A DNA stretch of 64,000 nt. Origin: Eledone cirrhosa. Taxonomy: Eukaryota. Under the pieces are notes generated by a model, which saw nothing but the letters and a program-made list of their open reading frames with translations, was not told where the DNA came from and searched no databases. Both the position numbers and the translations under genes were made by a program. The stretch lies in assembly GCA_964016885.1 (NCBI GenBank), contig OZ024749.1:28210001-28274000 (forward strand), read 5' to 3'. The stretch's first letter is position 1. Every line of letters begins with the position of its first letter. Positions 1-11,510 of the stretch are shown here, piece after piece.

Positions 1-337
1 ATCATCATTTCATTTTACGTCCGCTTTTTCCCTGCTTGCTAGGGTGGGACGGGAACTGATTTTGGCTTGATTTCTACAGCTGGATGCCCTTCCTAACATC
101 AACCTTATTTACAGTGAGTGCTGGGTGCTTTTTTGCCGTGGCACCTACACGACCACTTTACAGTGGAATGATAGGAACCCCAGTCCCTATCATCTCATTT
201 CTACAGCTGAGTAAACTGGAGCAATGTGAAATAAAGTGTCTTGCTCAAGGAAACAACACATCACCCGGTCTGAGAATTGAACTCACAACCTTTCGATTGC
301 AAGGCCAATGCTGCTCTAGCCACTAAGCCATGTGCCT

Positions 338-339
<2 letters not shown>
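1..339 (-). mobile_element. tRNA-derived SINE, family A (CORE-like central domain, (ATG)n tail)
   Basis: Reverse complement begins GGAGGCACATGGCTTAGTGG (A box) ... GAGTTCAATTC (B box), then CCTTGAGCAAGACACTTTATTTCACATTGCTCCAGTTTACTCAGCTG; near-identical to copies at 7388, 52742, 56027. Confidence 0.9.
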
Positions 340-403
<64 letters not shown>

Positions 404-513
404 TCTTTTCACAATCTGTTGGTTCTGGGTTCAATCTCATATGTCATCTATTATCTGTTATCTCATATATCATCAGATATGTCATCTCTCTTCTATTATC
501 TGTTGTTCTACAG

Positions 514-579
514 ATCAACAGTCCAAATCTCAGCCAGTTATCCAAATGGAACTAAACTGACCAGACAACAACTAAAGAC
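514..579 (+). CDS. Internal exon of type I membrane protein (cadherin-related-like); extracellular membrane-adjacent segment STVQISASYPNGTKLTRQQLK(T)
   Basis: Acceptor tgttgttctacag|A, donor AC|gtaagt; 66 nt, phase 2-2, in frame with exon at 1417; NGT sequon. Confidence 0.8.
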
Positions 580-801
580 GTAAGTATGAACATATAACAA
601 ACAATATAATATTGCTGAGGAAAGCCTTAAATTGTCCATGAAATGATTTATTTACCCTTTCAAACACCCCTGAATCTATGTTACAAAACTATGTTTTAAA
701 GTGTTTTAAGAGCCTACATGGGGAAGAACAATCAAAGCCAGAACAAGAATTAGAAGGCAACAATAGATGCCATATCATTTACTAACAAACATACCATCTC
801 A

Positions 802-1324
802 TTAACACTTTTGATACTAAACCGTCTGCCTGAAACCACTGTTGGTTCTATGATACAAGACTATATGTGTTAAAGTGTTTGTATTTATCTAAAAACCTTT
901 CATCATAATTTTCTGTAAGAATCTTTAAGTTATGTTCCAAGCCACCTGATACCACCACTGATTTTATGATATAAAACTGTTTGTTTTAAAGTATTTATAT
1001 TTATCTAAAAGCATTCCATCATAATTTTATATAAGAAACTTTGTTATGTTCCAAAGCCCCTGAAATTGCCCGCAGTCTATGATACGAAGCTATTTGTTTT
1101 AAAGTATTAATATTTATCTAAAAACCTTCCATCATAATTTTAGGTAAGAACCTTTGCTATGCTATACCCCAAACACTAGAAATATAACAAGAAAGATATT
1201 TATATTACAAAATCTCTACAAATTTTTTTATTATTTTCAAAATCACTTGAAAATGATAAACAGTGTCTTTTTTTTTTTTTTTTTTTTTTTTAAGAAATCA
1301 TCATCATGGTAATGAAATGGTTAA
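802..1324. mobile_element. TTAA-flanked piggyBac-like MITE (family M1) with internal tandem duplications
   Basis: TTAA at both ends (ttaacactttt ... gtaatgaaatggttaa); body shared with 18807, 33250, 43610, 53290. Confidence 0.6.
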
Positions 1325-1416
1325 GGAATTAACATTCTATCATGAATGAATTTCTTTAATAACCAACATTATTTGAATAATTCTATTTATTTCCTTTTGT
1401 CTTTTCCTCACCACAG

Positions 1417-1590
1417 TTTGGTTCTGAAAAATAAATCTGTTCTACAGAAGATTTTTAAAGAAAAAAGTTCTGATAAAGATCTGAAGTCTTGGAACTTCCC
1501 CCCTCCAGAGTTATCTATCCTTATCCTGGCATGTCTCTTATTTATCTGCTGTCTTGTCTCTATCTCTATAATCTGCTTGAAACATAAAAT
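1417..1590 (+). CDS. Transmembrane exon of type I membrane protein (LVLKNKSVLQKIFKEK...PPELSILILACLLFICCLVSISIICLKHK)
   Basis: Strong polypyrimidine acceptor cttttcctcaccacag|T, donor AT|gtaagt; 174 nt phase 2-2; ~23 hydrophobic residues followed by KHK stop-transfer. Confidence 0.88.
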
Positions 1591-1789
1591 GTAAGTTGAC
1601 CCCTTTCTCTCTCTCATATACACACACATGTATATATAGAAATATATCAATGTTGTATTTTCCTGATAGCAGCATAAGTCGATATACCTGAATTAGTCCA
1701 ATCAAGACTCAATGATACTACATATAATAAATATGACTTGGCTATATGTATGGAGTCATTTTATAAGTAAATGTTTGTTGTTATTTTAA

Positions 1790-2010
1790 TACCTACTAGC
1801 AGAATGGCCTGGCGATGCTCGGGATTTTAAACATAGATTGGCATGTTCATCCCTCCTTTCTGAAACAGTACAGAGAAGTACAGAATACCTCGGCCCTGCG
1901 ACCGTCGAATAGCAGATTCCACTGACGATTCGTTTGCCCGCCTTGTTCTTTTTCTTGCCGCTTTCGCAGTATTTCGGCCAATGGAGTATCTCTTCCTTCG
2001 AGGCATGACC
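1790..2010 (-). mobile_element. Degenerate Helitron 5' coding relic (Rep/helicase N-terminal basic/STPR-like segment)
   Basis: ATG at 2006 gives MPRRKRYSIGRNTAKAARKRTRRANESSVESAIRRSQ, resembling animal Helitron N-termini as recalled; frameshifted continuation TVSERRDEHANL. Confidence 0.5.
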
Positions 2011-2196
2011 TAAAAGCAGGACCAAGTACACTAAGACTAACTGGTAGAGTAAGGAGTAAACTCGTCAGTGATGCATGTGATTTCTGAACCGTTGACTATG
2101 TAATTGCTAAACCATGAGTGCCGTTTTAACCGGGACGCGATGTTATAGCTATGTATCTATCTGCATTACGACATTATGAAAACATTGACTTCGCTA

Positions 2197-2264
<68 letters not shown>

Positions 2265-2496
2265 GTGTGTGTGTATATATATATATATATATATTTTTAT
2301 TTTTTTATTTTTTATGCTCTTTCTTACGTTCCTCTACACACTATACATCACATTCAACACTCCCTTACATCTCTCTCTTCACCACCGGATGCTGTTACCC
2401 GGAGAATTACCCATCTGCCTTGTTGAGGCTTCCAAAACGACCAAAAGATAATAAATCTTATTTTTCCACAATGCTTCAAGCAAACTTCAATATTCT

Positions 2497-2557
<61 letters not shown>

Positions 2558-2951
2558 TTAGTCGAACCAAAAGGGGACTCGATAAGGATAAATATATATC
2601 AAATATATAAGAACCCTAGAGCAAATATTGTTCTCATTGCTGACGTATTATCTTGGCTTTTTTCCGTTGATTGCCAGGGAACGTCTTCACGAACCAAAGT
2701 ATCGTCTTCCTGTTTTCCTTCGGTTGCAACGATTTTCAAAATATTTACTTCTGTGCTTTATGCTTTCATAATGTCATCATGCAGACAGCTAGACATACAG
2801 ACAGATATTATAAGGGCGCGATGTTATAGCTATGTATCTATCTAAAAAGACAGACTAAGAAAGAGAGAGAGATCGCTAACCGGCGCCCAATGCGGTCCCT
2901 AGGGCATTGAAAATTTGAAATATTTTAAAATATACAACCTAACATCTCTCT

Positions 2952-2989
<38 letters not shown>

Positions 2990-2992
<3 letters not shown>

Positions 2993-3378
2993 TGTAGGGG
3001 CAGAGTCCTCAAACACACTTTCTACTGGGTCCTGTTAGAAGCAACAGTCTCCAACTGATCTGGATAGATCCCCAAGCTCATAGATATTATCCAACCATCT
3101 TGCTCAAGGTCATACCCTGGGTCTCCTGCTGGTCGATTTTGCCTGTAAAATCTGTCCAGTGATTCTTTCCTGAGACATTCTGACCACATATCCATAGTAT
3201 CGTAACTGTGATTTCTCAATTCAGAGAAGTAGCAGATCTACTTGGAGTAACTCTTTGATCTCTGAGCTACACCCTCTGTCGAGTAACGTTATTCCAAAGA
3301 CCTTTCGGAGAAACTCCATTCTCCATTCCGGCCACTTGCATTCGCGAACATATTCTTTCAGACATTACCCAAGATTCA
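2990..3378 (-). mobile_element. RTE-clade LINE 3' fragment, decayed
   Basis: Minus translation ...MEFLRKVFGITLLDR...IEKSQLRYYGYVVRMSQERITGQILQAKSTSRRPR..ARWLDNI with stops; same 3' end at 10757-10830 and 50490-50555. Confidence 0.75.
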
Positions 3379-3388
3379 ATATATATAT

Positions 3389-3580
3389 AATTGTTTCTAC
3401 TTTAGGCACAAGGCCAGCAATAACCCAGTGCATTACTGGTACTTTATTTTATCGACCCCGTAAGGATGCAAGGCAAAGTCAACCTCGGCGGGATTTGAAC
3501 TCAGATCGTAAAGGGACGTAACTATGCTGGAAAGCATGGCGTCCGACCCTCTACCGATACTGCCAATCCACCGCCCTTAA
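3389..3580 (-). mobile_element. tRNA-derived SINE, family B (Meta-domain-like)
   Basis: Rev-comp GGCGGTGGATTGGCAG...GAGTTCAAATCCCGCCGAGGTTGACTTTGCCTT.CATCC...GGGGTCGATAAAATAAAGTACCAG; many other copies in window. Confidence 0.85.
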
Positions 3581-4087
3581 TATAATATATATATAATATA
3601 TATATATATAATGTTTCCTTACATAACCCTACTCAATAATGAAATATAAGCCTAAACTATAATTACTTGGTTCATTAGAATTTAAATTAAAACTACAACA
3701 GAAGACTCACTTTCTACCAGAAACCTTTCAACATGTGTATGTATATTCTTCTGGTTTCATTATTTTATAAATTTTCAATATTAGAGAGATAGCTGGTTTC
3801 TAATATACACACAAGATTCTTTCATTGCAATTTAGACAACATCAACTAGGTAAATATGTCTGCATGCATACATGTATGGGTGTGTGTGTGCAGGTATAGA
3901 TGCTATTGTATGTGTGGATCTGTATGCTTTGAGTTATATGTGTGCATGTACATATGTTTTGTTTGTTTGTTTGTGTGCTTTGAGAGTGCTTCCCACATTT
4001 GTGTGAGTGAGGGGTGGTGGAGTGTATGCAAACCTTTAATTAATAAGTTCTAATTAATTTCACCTTTGTTTTTTTTTGTTTTAACAG

Positions 4088-5294
4088 TGTAATGAGTAAC
4101 TGTCAGCTTTTGGAGAATCTCAGCAAAAAAAACACTTTCTACGATTCTGCTGATTTAACTGTCACAACAGTCACAAATAATGGTCAGCACCGGAGTTCTT
4201 CAAACTCCAACAGAAGCAACAGGACATCTATAATTAACCATACTTTCGAATTTGACTCCGATTCTGGTCGTCATAGCAACGAAAGTAAAACTAACCACAC
4301 AGACGAGACCAGATTCCAGACTTCCACAGTTTCTGTGAACAGAAGTCGTCGGATTCGAAGTCACAGACATGGCCGAGACAGTGGTGGCAGTGGCAGCGAT
4401 GGTAGTGGTGGTGGTAGTGGTGGTGGTAGTGGTGGTGGTGGTGGTGGTGGTGGTGGCTGCAGTAATTATTTAGAATCTGAGAAGCAGAGAAGTCGTCCAG
4501 TGAAGTCTTCCATGTTATATCACTATGACGACAGCGTCTCACGTAGACACCGGGACTGTAATAAAACCAAACATACATATGAAAACATCGAAGAGTCATC
4601 TGATTGTGGATCGGAGATGTTATGGACTGGAAATGTGTATGATAAACCGGATGAAATTCCATTTGATAGGAACTATCCGGAAAGTATTGCTGATTTGTAT
4701 AACGAATCGGACGATAACACGTATGAGATTCCAAACACAGTATCATCATCGAAGGACAGTTTATATGAGATGTATGATAAACCAGATTCACCACATACAA
4801 ATAACCTCTACGACATTGTCGATGATCCTTCAACAAAGGATTTGTTCAGGGAAAATATTAACGTTGACGGATCTTGTTCTGGTTCGTCTCACATCTATAG
4901 CAATGTTGTTACACATCATTACGAACACATCGACTCGGACAGTGATATCCCAAGTGAGCCACACCCAGATTATATAACGACTGGCTCAGAACTATCAGAC
5001 ATATCAGATGAGCCATCGTTACAAACCCCATGTGGCTCACTAACCACAGTATCTTATTCCTCCATATCAACATCACACAGCAACTTACAGTTAGATTTAT
5101 ATTCCTCCACAAACAAACATCGCTCTTCTAAGAGCAGGGACAAAACCCTTCAGAAAATTATAGGGCTCTTGGAACTCAGCCATTCCTCAGCTTCTACATC
5201 AAGGGGTTGTCAGGCTTGCCCTTTACCTCCACGGGATTACAATACCCAAAATAATAAGACATCACATTTTAATGCCTCCATGACTCAGTTATGA
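4088..5294 (+). CDS. Terminal coding exon: ~400-aa disordered, Tyr/Ser-rich cytoplasmic tail ending in class I PDZ-binding motif (MTQL*)
   Basis: Acceptor tttttttgttttaacag|T at 4088 completes codon AT|T from TM exon; 1.2-kb open frame in non-repeat sequence; motifs YENI, YDKP x2, YEIP, YSNV, YEHI, PHPDY, PPRDY. Confidence 0.88.
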
Positions 5295-5679
5295 TATTAA
5301 CCTAATATTTTCAAATTCTAGACTGCTGTACAGTTGATATAAAATAATCAAGTGGATAAGATATGATCAGACTATGAACTCATAGGATGTGAGTTCATAT
5401 CTGACTGTAGGCCAATGTGCTGTGTCTTTCAGCAAGACACCTCTACATGTTTCAGTGTATCTTTGTTGGAGAAGAGGTATCACGCCTCTGGGGAAAGTTA
5501 CCTGCAATAGACCTGCATCCTATCTTAGGAGAAATTTGTCTCATCCACTGTAATGCTATAAACTCCTCAGTTAAGCACCACCTTAATGGATATCCTTCCT
5601 AGTGGTTAATAAAACAAACACTGCGTTGGGGTGGGGTGGATGCTGTAGGTTCACATTAGTATCTTTATAAACCATTACC

Positions 5680-6130
5680 AGTATTAATGGGAATGATATA
5701 AATATATTAATGAGGTGCTATTAAAATATTAACAGAATGAAATATCAAAATATTAATGGGATGCCATTAAAATATTAATTAACTGGTATTCAAAATTATG
5801 AATGAGATTATATCAAAACGATATTGAAATATCAATGGGACACCATTAAAAAATTAATAGACCGATATTAAAGTATTAATGAGATTATATTAAAGAGATA
5901 TTAAAATATTAATGGGACACCATTTAAAAATAATAGACCTACATTAAAATATTAATGAGATTATATTAAAAAGATATTAAAACATTATATATTAAAGGGA
6001 TTATATTAAAGAGATATTAAAATATTAATGAGATTATGATGCTACTAATATTATTATTAATGAGATGATAATTATTCAAATATTAAAGAAGTATTATCAG
6101 AATAATAATGGGATGTTATTAAGATATTAC
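5680..6130. repeat. Degenerate AT-rich tandem repeat (ATATTAAAATATTAATGRGA-like)
   Basis: Recurrent attaaaatattaatg motif. Confidence 0.7.
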
Positions 6131-6549
6131 AGAAGATTTATCAAAAGTATTTTGTCAAACAAAATCAAAATTAAAAGAAACATTTTATAATCAACAAAAT
6201 TTAGATTTATTTAAATCAAATTATTTTTTCTTGTGCTATATTAAGATGCTGCTGGTCTCGTTTGTTTCACCCCTAAATAACAGCTAATTTATTTTTATAT
6301 TACAACAGAATATCCTTTCCTACCCTGTGGTCTTCAAATAATTGACTCTTCCATTGTAAATATAATTTTAGTGGATTTTGGGCCGAAACACTTGCTTGAA
6401 CAGAGTGGGTGGGATTTATTCATTTAAGATTTGAAGACCTTCTGCTGTCTGCTCCCCTGAGAGTTTCTTAATACCACCACATTAGTAACAACCATCAAGA
6501 AATCAACCCCCCAGTGAATAGTTTAGTTGTGTTTTACATTGTATGATTG

Positions 6550-6762
6550 TTAACCCATTAGCATTTACATTACTCTATATTTACTATTGTATTTTCACGG
6601 TAAAGGCTTTACCTCACATACTACTGAATCTATGAGATTTTGATATTTATTTTGAGAACAATAACTTAACATATGTATGAGTGGCCGGTTACAGCCGGTT
6701 TGAACAGAAAGAGGTGAGAGAATTCTGGTCAGATATGGCCAGTTTAAATGCTAAAGGGTTAA
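6550..6762. mobile_element. TTAA-flanked piggyBac-like MITE (family M2)
   Basis: ttaa-CCCATTAGCATTTA ... TAAATGCTAAAGGG-ttaa terminal inverted repeats; homologues at 22078-22306 (inverted) and 46874-47089. Confidence 0.8.
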
Positions 6763-7387
6763 GAATGGCTGTCTTATTGATGTAGTATTATATATTATAG
6801 CTGGATTACAGACACACAGACAGATAGATAAAGCGGATGGTACAGTGGTTAGGTCTCCTTCCTAGTTTAGTGCTAACATTACAAAGACATATCAGCCATG
6901 CAGTGTACAAGTCCATCTGACATGCCAATAGATCTTAAGATTCTTGGGTCAAAATTTTGTGTTAGACCTATTCTGTAAGTATAGGTTGACCCCAAATTTA
7001 TGATAGGGATTTATAGGGGTTCTTACTGATGGCCATCCAAGGGATGTTCTGATGCATATAATATATACAATATATTGTATAGTAAAACATGATAGTACAA
7101 TGACAGAGTATATTATTGTGGTGTGTATAATTAAATAACAGGGTATATAATAAAATGACAGAGTGTAAATTTTTGGGTACAGTACAATGATGGTGTGTAT
7201 AGTATTGTGGTGTATATAGTATAATAATGTATATAATATATCATCTAAATTGGTCTTCTTTTCTTGTATAATTTAATTCTTTGTTATCATCTGTATATGT
7301 ATTTCGATTGCTCATATATTTTCTAACACACAATCTGTGTGAGTATATATATATATATATACACTCTCACAGATTATATATATACAT

Positions 7388-7734
7388 GGAGGCACATGGC
7401 TTAGTGGTTAGAGCATTGGCCTTGCAATCGAAAGGTTGTGAGTTCAATTCTCAGACGGGCGATGTGTTGTTTCCTTGAGCAAGACACTTTATTTCACATT
7501 GCTCCAGTTTACTCAGCTGTAGAAATGAGATGATAGGGACTGGAGTCCATATCATTCCACTGCAAAGTGGTCGTGGAGGTGCCACGGCAAAAAAGCACCC
7601 AGCACTCACTGTAAATGAGGTTGGTGTTAGGAAGGGCATCCAGCTGTAGAAATCAAGCCAGAATCAGTTCCCGTCCCACCCTTGCAAGCAGGGAAAAGTG
7701 GACGTAAAATGAAATGAAATGAATGAATGATGAT
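7388..7734 (+). mobile_element. Full-length tRNA-derived SINE, family A
   Basis: A box TGGCTTAGTGG, B box GAGTTCAATTC, CORE-like block, (AATG/ATG)n tail; inserted in a TA tract. Confidence 0.92.
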
Positions 7735-7930
7735 ATATATATAATTTAATTATATAGTGCATGTGATATATACACTCACACAGATTATATATATATATAA
7801 TTGAATTATATAATGCATGTGATATATACACTCACACAGATTATATATATATAATTGAATTATATAGTGCATGTGATTCAGTGAATTACTGGTGGTGGTA
7901 CCAACATAAGCAATCAATGCACAGGCAGAG

Positions 7931-8299
7931 TTTATATAATAATAAAAAAGATGAAATTTCGTTTACATGTATTTATATTTTTTATTGTGTATCGATCTGT
8001 TACGTGTGTTTCACAGATGATTGGCTTAAGGTCACCTATAGAAGTTATTGACCTATAGACCTGATTCCAGCATCGATTTGCTCATCAAACTGGTGATTCA
8101 ACAAAAAATAAAGTGTTTATTTTTTGTTGAATCACCAGTCTGATGGGCAGATCGATGCTGGTGTCAGGTCCATAGATCCATAACTTCCATAGGTGACCAT
8201 GAGCCAATCGTCTGTGAAACACACATAACAGGTTGATACACAATAAAAATATAAATACATGTAAATGAAACTTCATCGTTTTTCTTAATATATATAACG
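7931..8299. repeat. Long imperfect palindrome (~180-bp arms, 3-nt loop near 8113)
   Basis: atgaaatttcgtttacatg...caacaaaaaataaa / tttattttttgttg...catgtaaatgaaacttcat align as reverse complements, mismatches mostly transitions. Confidence 0.9.
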
Positions 8300-8434
8300 T
8301 ATGTATATTAAGGATATGTGATGACCATAACATATTTCATTTATATATTTTTGTAAAAAAAAAAAAAAAAAAAAAAAATCAAAAACCCAGCAACATTTTA
8401 TGTCTGTTTTCAGGAATTCTAACTTTAATAATAA

Positions 8435-8645
8435 TAATAGTTTCTAATTTAAGCAAGAGGCCAACAATTTGAGGGAGGAGAAAGTTGATTATATTATTCC
8501 CAGTATTTGATTGGTATTTTATTTTATCGATCCTGGAGGGATAAATGTCAATTTGGCCTCAGCGGGATTTGAACTCAGAATATAAAGAGCCAAAAGAAAT
8601 TTGACTGACAATTTAACGATTCTATCAACCTACCATCCATTTAAT
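8435..8645 (-). mobile_element. SINE family B, diverged
   Basis: ggatttgaactcaga, ttttattttatcga blocks. Confidence 0.75.
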
Positions 8646-8659
8646 AATAATAATATTAC

Positions 8660-9710
8660 AGAAGTGTATAGTCTAAAGATATATCATAACAGTACAGTGT
8701 TAAGATATATCCTAATATAAATATTATGGAAGTGTATAGTGTATAGATATGTCACAGATGTATATTATTGTAATGTAAAGTGTTAAGATTCGGTCATATA
8801 TGTATACTACAAAAGTGTATAGTGTAAAGATATGTCATAACTATACTGTTATGACATACCACAACTGTACAGTCTTAAGATATGTCATATGTATATTTTG
8901 GAACTGTATGGTGTAAGGATATGTCACAAATGTATATTATCATAATGTGTAAAAATATGTCAAATGTATATTATGATAATGTGAAGTGTTTATGTTTGGT
9001 CATAAATGTATGTTACAGAAGTGTAAAGTGTAAAAATATATCACAACTGTACAGTGTTAAGATATGTCATAGATATTATAATGTATTGTTAAAATATGTA
9101 ATAGTAATGTAAAGTGTTAAAATATTGTCATATCACAAAAGTATATAGTGTAAAGATATGTCATACCTCAAGTATTAAGATATGTCACATGTATATTATG
9201 GAACTATATAATCACAGATATAGTAATATATTGTTAAAATATATCAATGTAAAGTGTTAAAATATGTCATGTATATTACCGAAGTGTATATTAAGATATG
9301 TCATAACTGTACAATGTTAAGATATATCATATGTATATTATCGAACTGTATAGTGTTAAATATGTCACAGATATAGTAATGTATTGTTAAAATGTCATAT
9401 GTAACAGTAATGTAAAGTATTAAGATTTGGTTATATATGTATATTACAAAAGTGTAGTGTAAAGTTATGTCACAGATGTATATTATCATAATGTATTGTT
9501 AAGATATGTCATGTGTGTATGTATTACAGATGTGTAAAGATATGTCCTAACTGTACAGTATAAAGATATACCATAAGTGTACAGTGAAAAGATATGCCAT
9601 AACAGTACAGTGTTACACATGTAATAGTAAAGTGTTAAGATATTGTCATATTACAACAAAAGTGTGAAGTGTTAAGATGTCATAACTGTACAGTGTAAAG
9701 ATATGTTGTT
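8660..9710. repeat. Degenerate AT-rich minisatellite (AGTGTTAAGATATGTCATA-like)
   Basis: Recurrent gtgttaagatatgtca / gtgtaaagatatgtca motifs. Confidence 0.75.
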
Positions 9711-9951
9711 TATTCAACTGTAATCTCACAGTTAAGTGTTGGTCAATATGTATGTCACATTACTATATTACTAAAGTAAATCTATATTTTATGATGTTGT
9801 GTATTTATCTATAAGAATAACAGAGTTGTCTCCCAGTTATGCAACTAACTTCCTCAACAGCCAGCAATGATATTTGAATCATCATTATTTCATTTCCGTG
9901 GTTATATTGTTTGGATGGATCAAGAATCCACATCTTGCTCATGTGTTCCAT

Positions 9952-9991
<40 letters not shown>

Positions 9992-9992
<1 letters not shown>

Positions 9993-10562
9993 CATATTTG
10001 ACGGCTTATAAGATGCACCTCCTCCCAATCTCCCAGAAAATCACCCTGCATCTTATAAGGTTAAGGGTCGGTTTGGGTCACTGGCTAATGGAGATCTAGT
10101 GTTGCAGTGGCCCTTAGATTAAAACATAAACATCTCCACAAATGTAAAAAAGGTGGCAATCGCTTCTACACCAACAATGTATAACAGTAGTACTTACTGG
10201 TACTTCTAACGTAACAATATATAACAATAGTACTTACCAGTTTTTTATATATAAAATAACACAAGTCAGGAAGAAAATTAAGTGACAATGCTTAACCATG
10301 CATGTGGAGTGACATCAAATGTTTGTCCCAGAACTGTGATTCTTAACCATTCATGTGTAGCGACACCAAATGTTTGTCCCAGAACTGCTGCAGAAAATGA
10401 CCTTATCTCTGATCTTGAGGAGATAAGAAGTTTCCTTTGTTGATGACCAGACATCATGTCAAGGAATTTACTAGTTTAAATCCATTTGTTTTTTTCTGAA
10501 ATGCCTGTCCAAATTGAGGTGCGTCTTATAAGCCTATGCATCTTAAAAGCCATCAAACATGG
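9992..10562. mobile_element. Tc1/mariner (pogo/Tigger-like) non-autonomous element
   Basis: TIRs ccatatttgacggcttataagatgca / tgcatcttaaaagccatcaaacatgg, plus sub-terminal repeats. Confidence 0.7.
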
Positions 10563-11510
10563 TCTATGTGTGTGTGTATCTTTTTCTAAGGATGTAAACG
10601 TTGGTGAGGGAACAAAAAAAAAAAGTCTCCTTTGAACAATGTTTCTTGAGATATTAATTCTGTAGCAACTTACAGACACTCCTTTGTCACTTTTGCAGTC
10701 AGAAACTGCTGTGACCCAGTGATTGATCCAACATAAAGCTTTAACCAAGGAGACAAGGGATCCAGCCGGATCAGTTGGAGATGGTTGCTTCTGACAGGAC
10801 CTGATGGAAGGAGTGTTCGAGGACTGCCCCCAACAACCCTCTCAGGAATAAGTGGGAGGAGAAGAAGAGGAAAAATATGAAGAAGAAGAATACAAAGAAG
10901 AAGAAGAAGAATATAAAATAAGAGTTAGAAAATGTCTGGTTTAATTTATTACCATATATTTACATAAAATATTGCTTTAGCTGTGGAATAAACTCAGGAA
11001 ACACTAATAATGATGAATAGAATTTCAGAACAAAACAAAAAAACAAAAACATAAAATATTAATAAAATAAAATACAATAAATATAAACAAAACAGATTGA
11101 ACAAGAGGCAGAGGACAATTGAACTCAGAACGACTGTATTCTGGGGTGTTGAAGTGGGCAATATATATATATATACATACATACATACATACATACACAC
11201 AGACACACACACACATACATTCAAAAGTATTTGTAGAAAATCAACCAGCTTTCATTAAAAAAAAACTGTTTAATCACTTACAATTGTTTCTAGTGTATTG
11301 TAAAATTAATTTGTCTATTTGTACTATAGACAAATCCATAAACAATGCACCTTCGTCAGAGAGGAATAAACTTATTTCAATAAATAGCTACATAAAATAT
11401 TAACTTGCATCAAGCAATCGCTTCTATCTGTGGCTGGCAATTACAACCTATAAGTCTGTCTCTACTCTCCTTTGAGATTTGATTGTTGTATAGTACCACT
11501 TTTAATATAT

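Noticed and set aside
84-326. Recurrent MPFLT...[21 protein letters not shown] ORFs (also 7451, 52663, 56034)
   Set aside because: Antisense translations of SINE family A, not a gene family
4291-4977. Overlapping ORFs 4291-4836 (-) and 4525-4977 (+)
   Set aside because: Shadow frames of the real exon; the poly-His is the antisense of (GGT)n
4092-5294. Treating the 400-aa ORF as a single-exon gene starting at ATG 4092
   Set aside because: A strong acceptor at 4087/4088 joins in frame to the upstream TM exon
7388-7460. tRNA-like sequence with A and B boxes
   Set aside because: SINE head that continues into the SINE body; no complete acceptor stem
10930-11450. UTR-like unique sequence with minus-strand AATAAA at 10945-10950, as a possible distal RUBCN 3' end
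   Set aside because: 19 kb from the stop, no pyrimidine-rich acceptor, and AATAAA is common in AT-rich DNA
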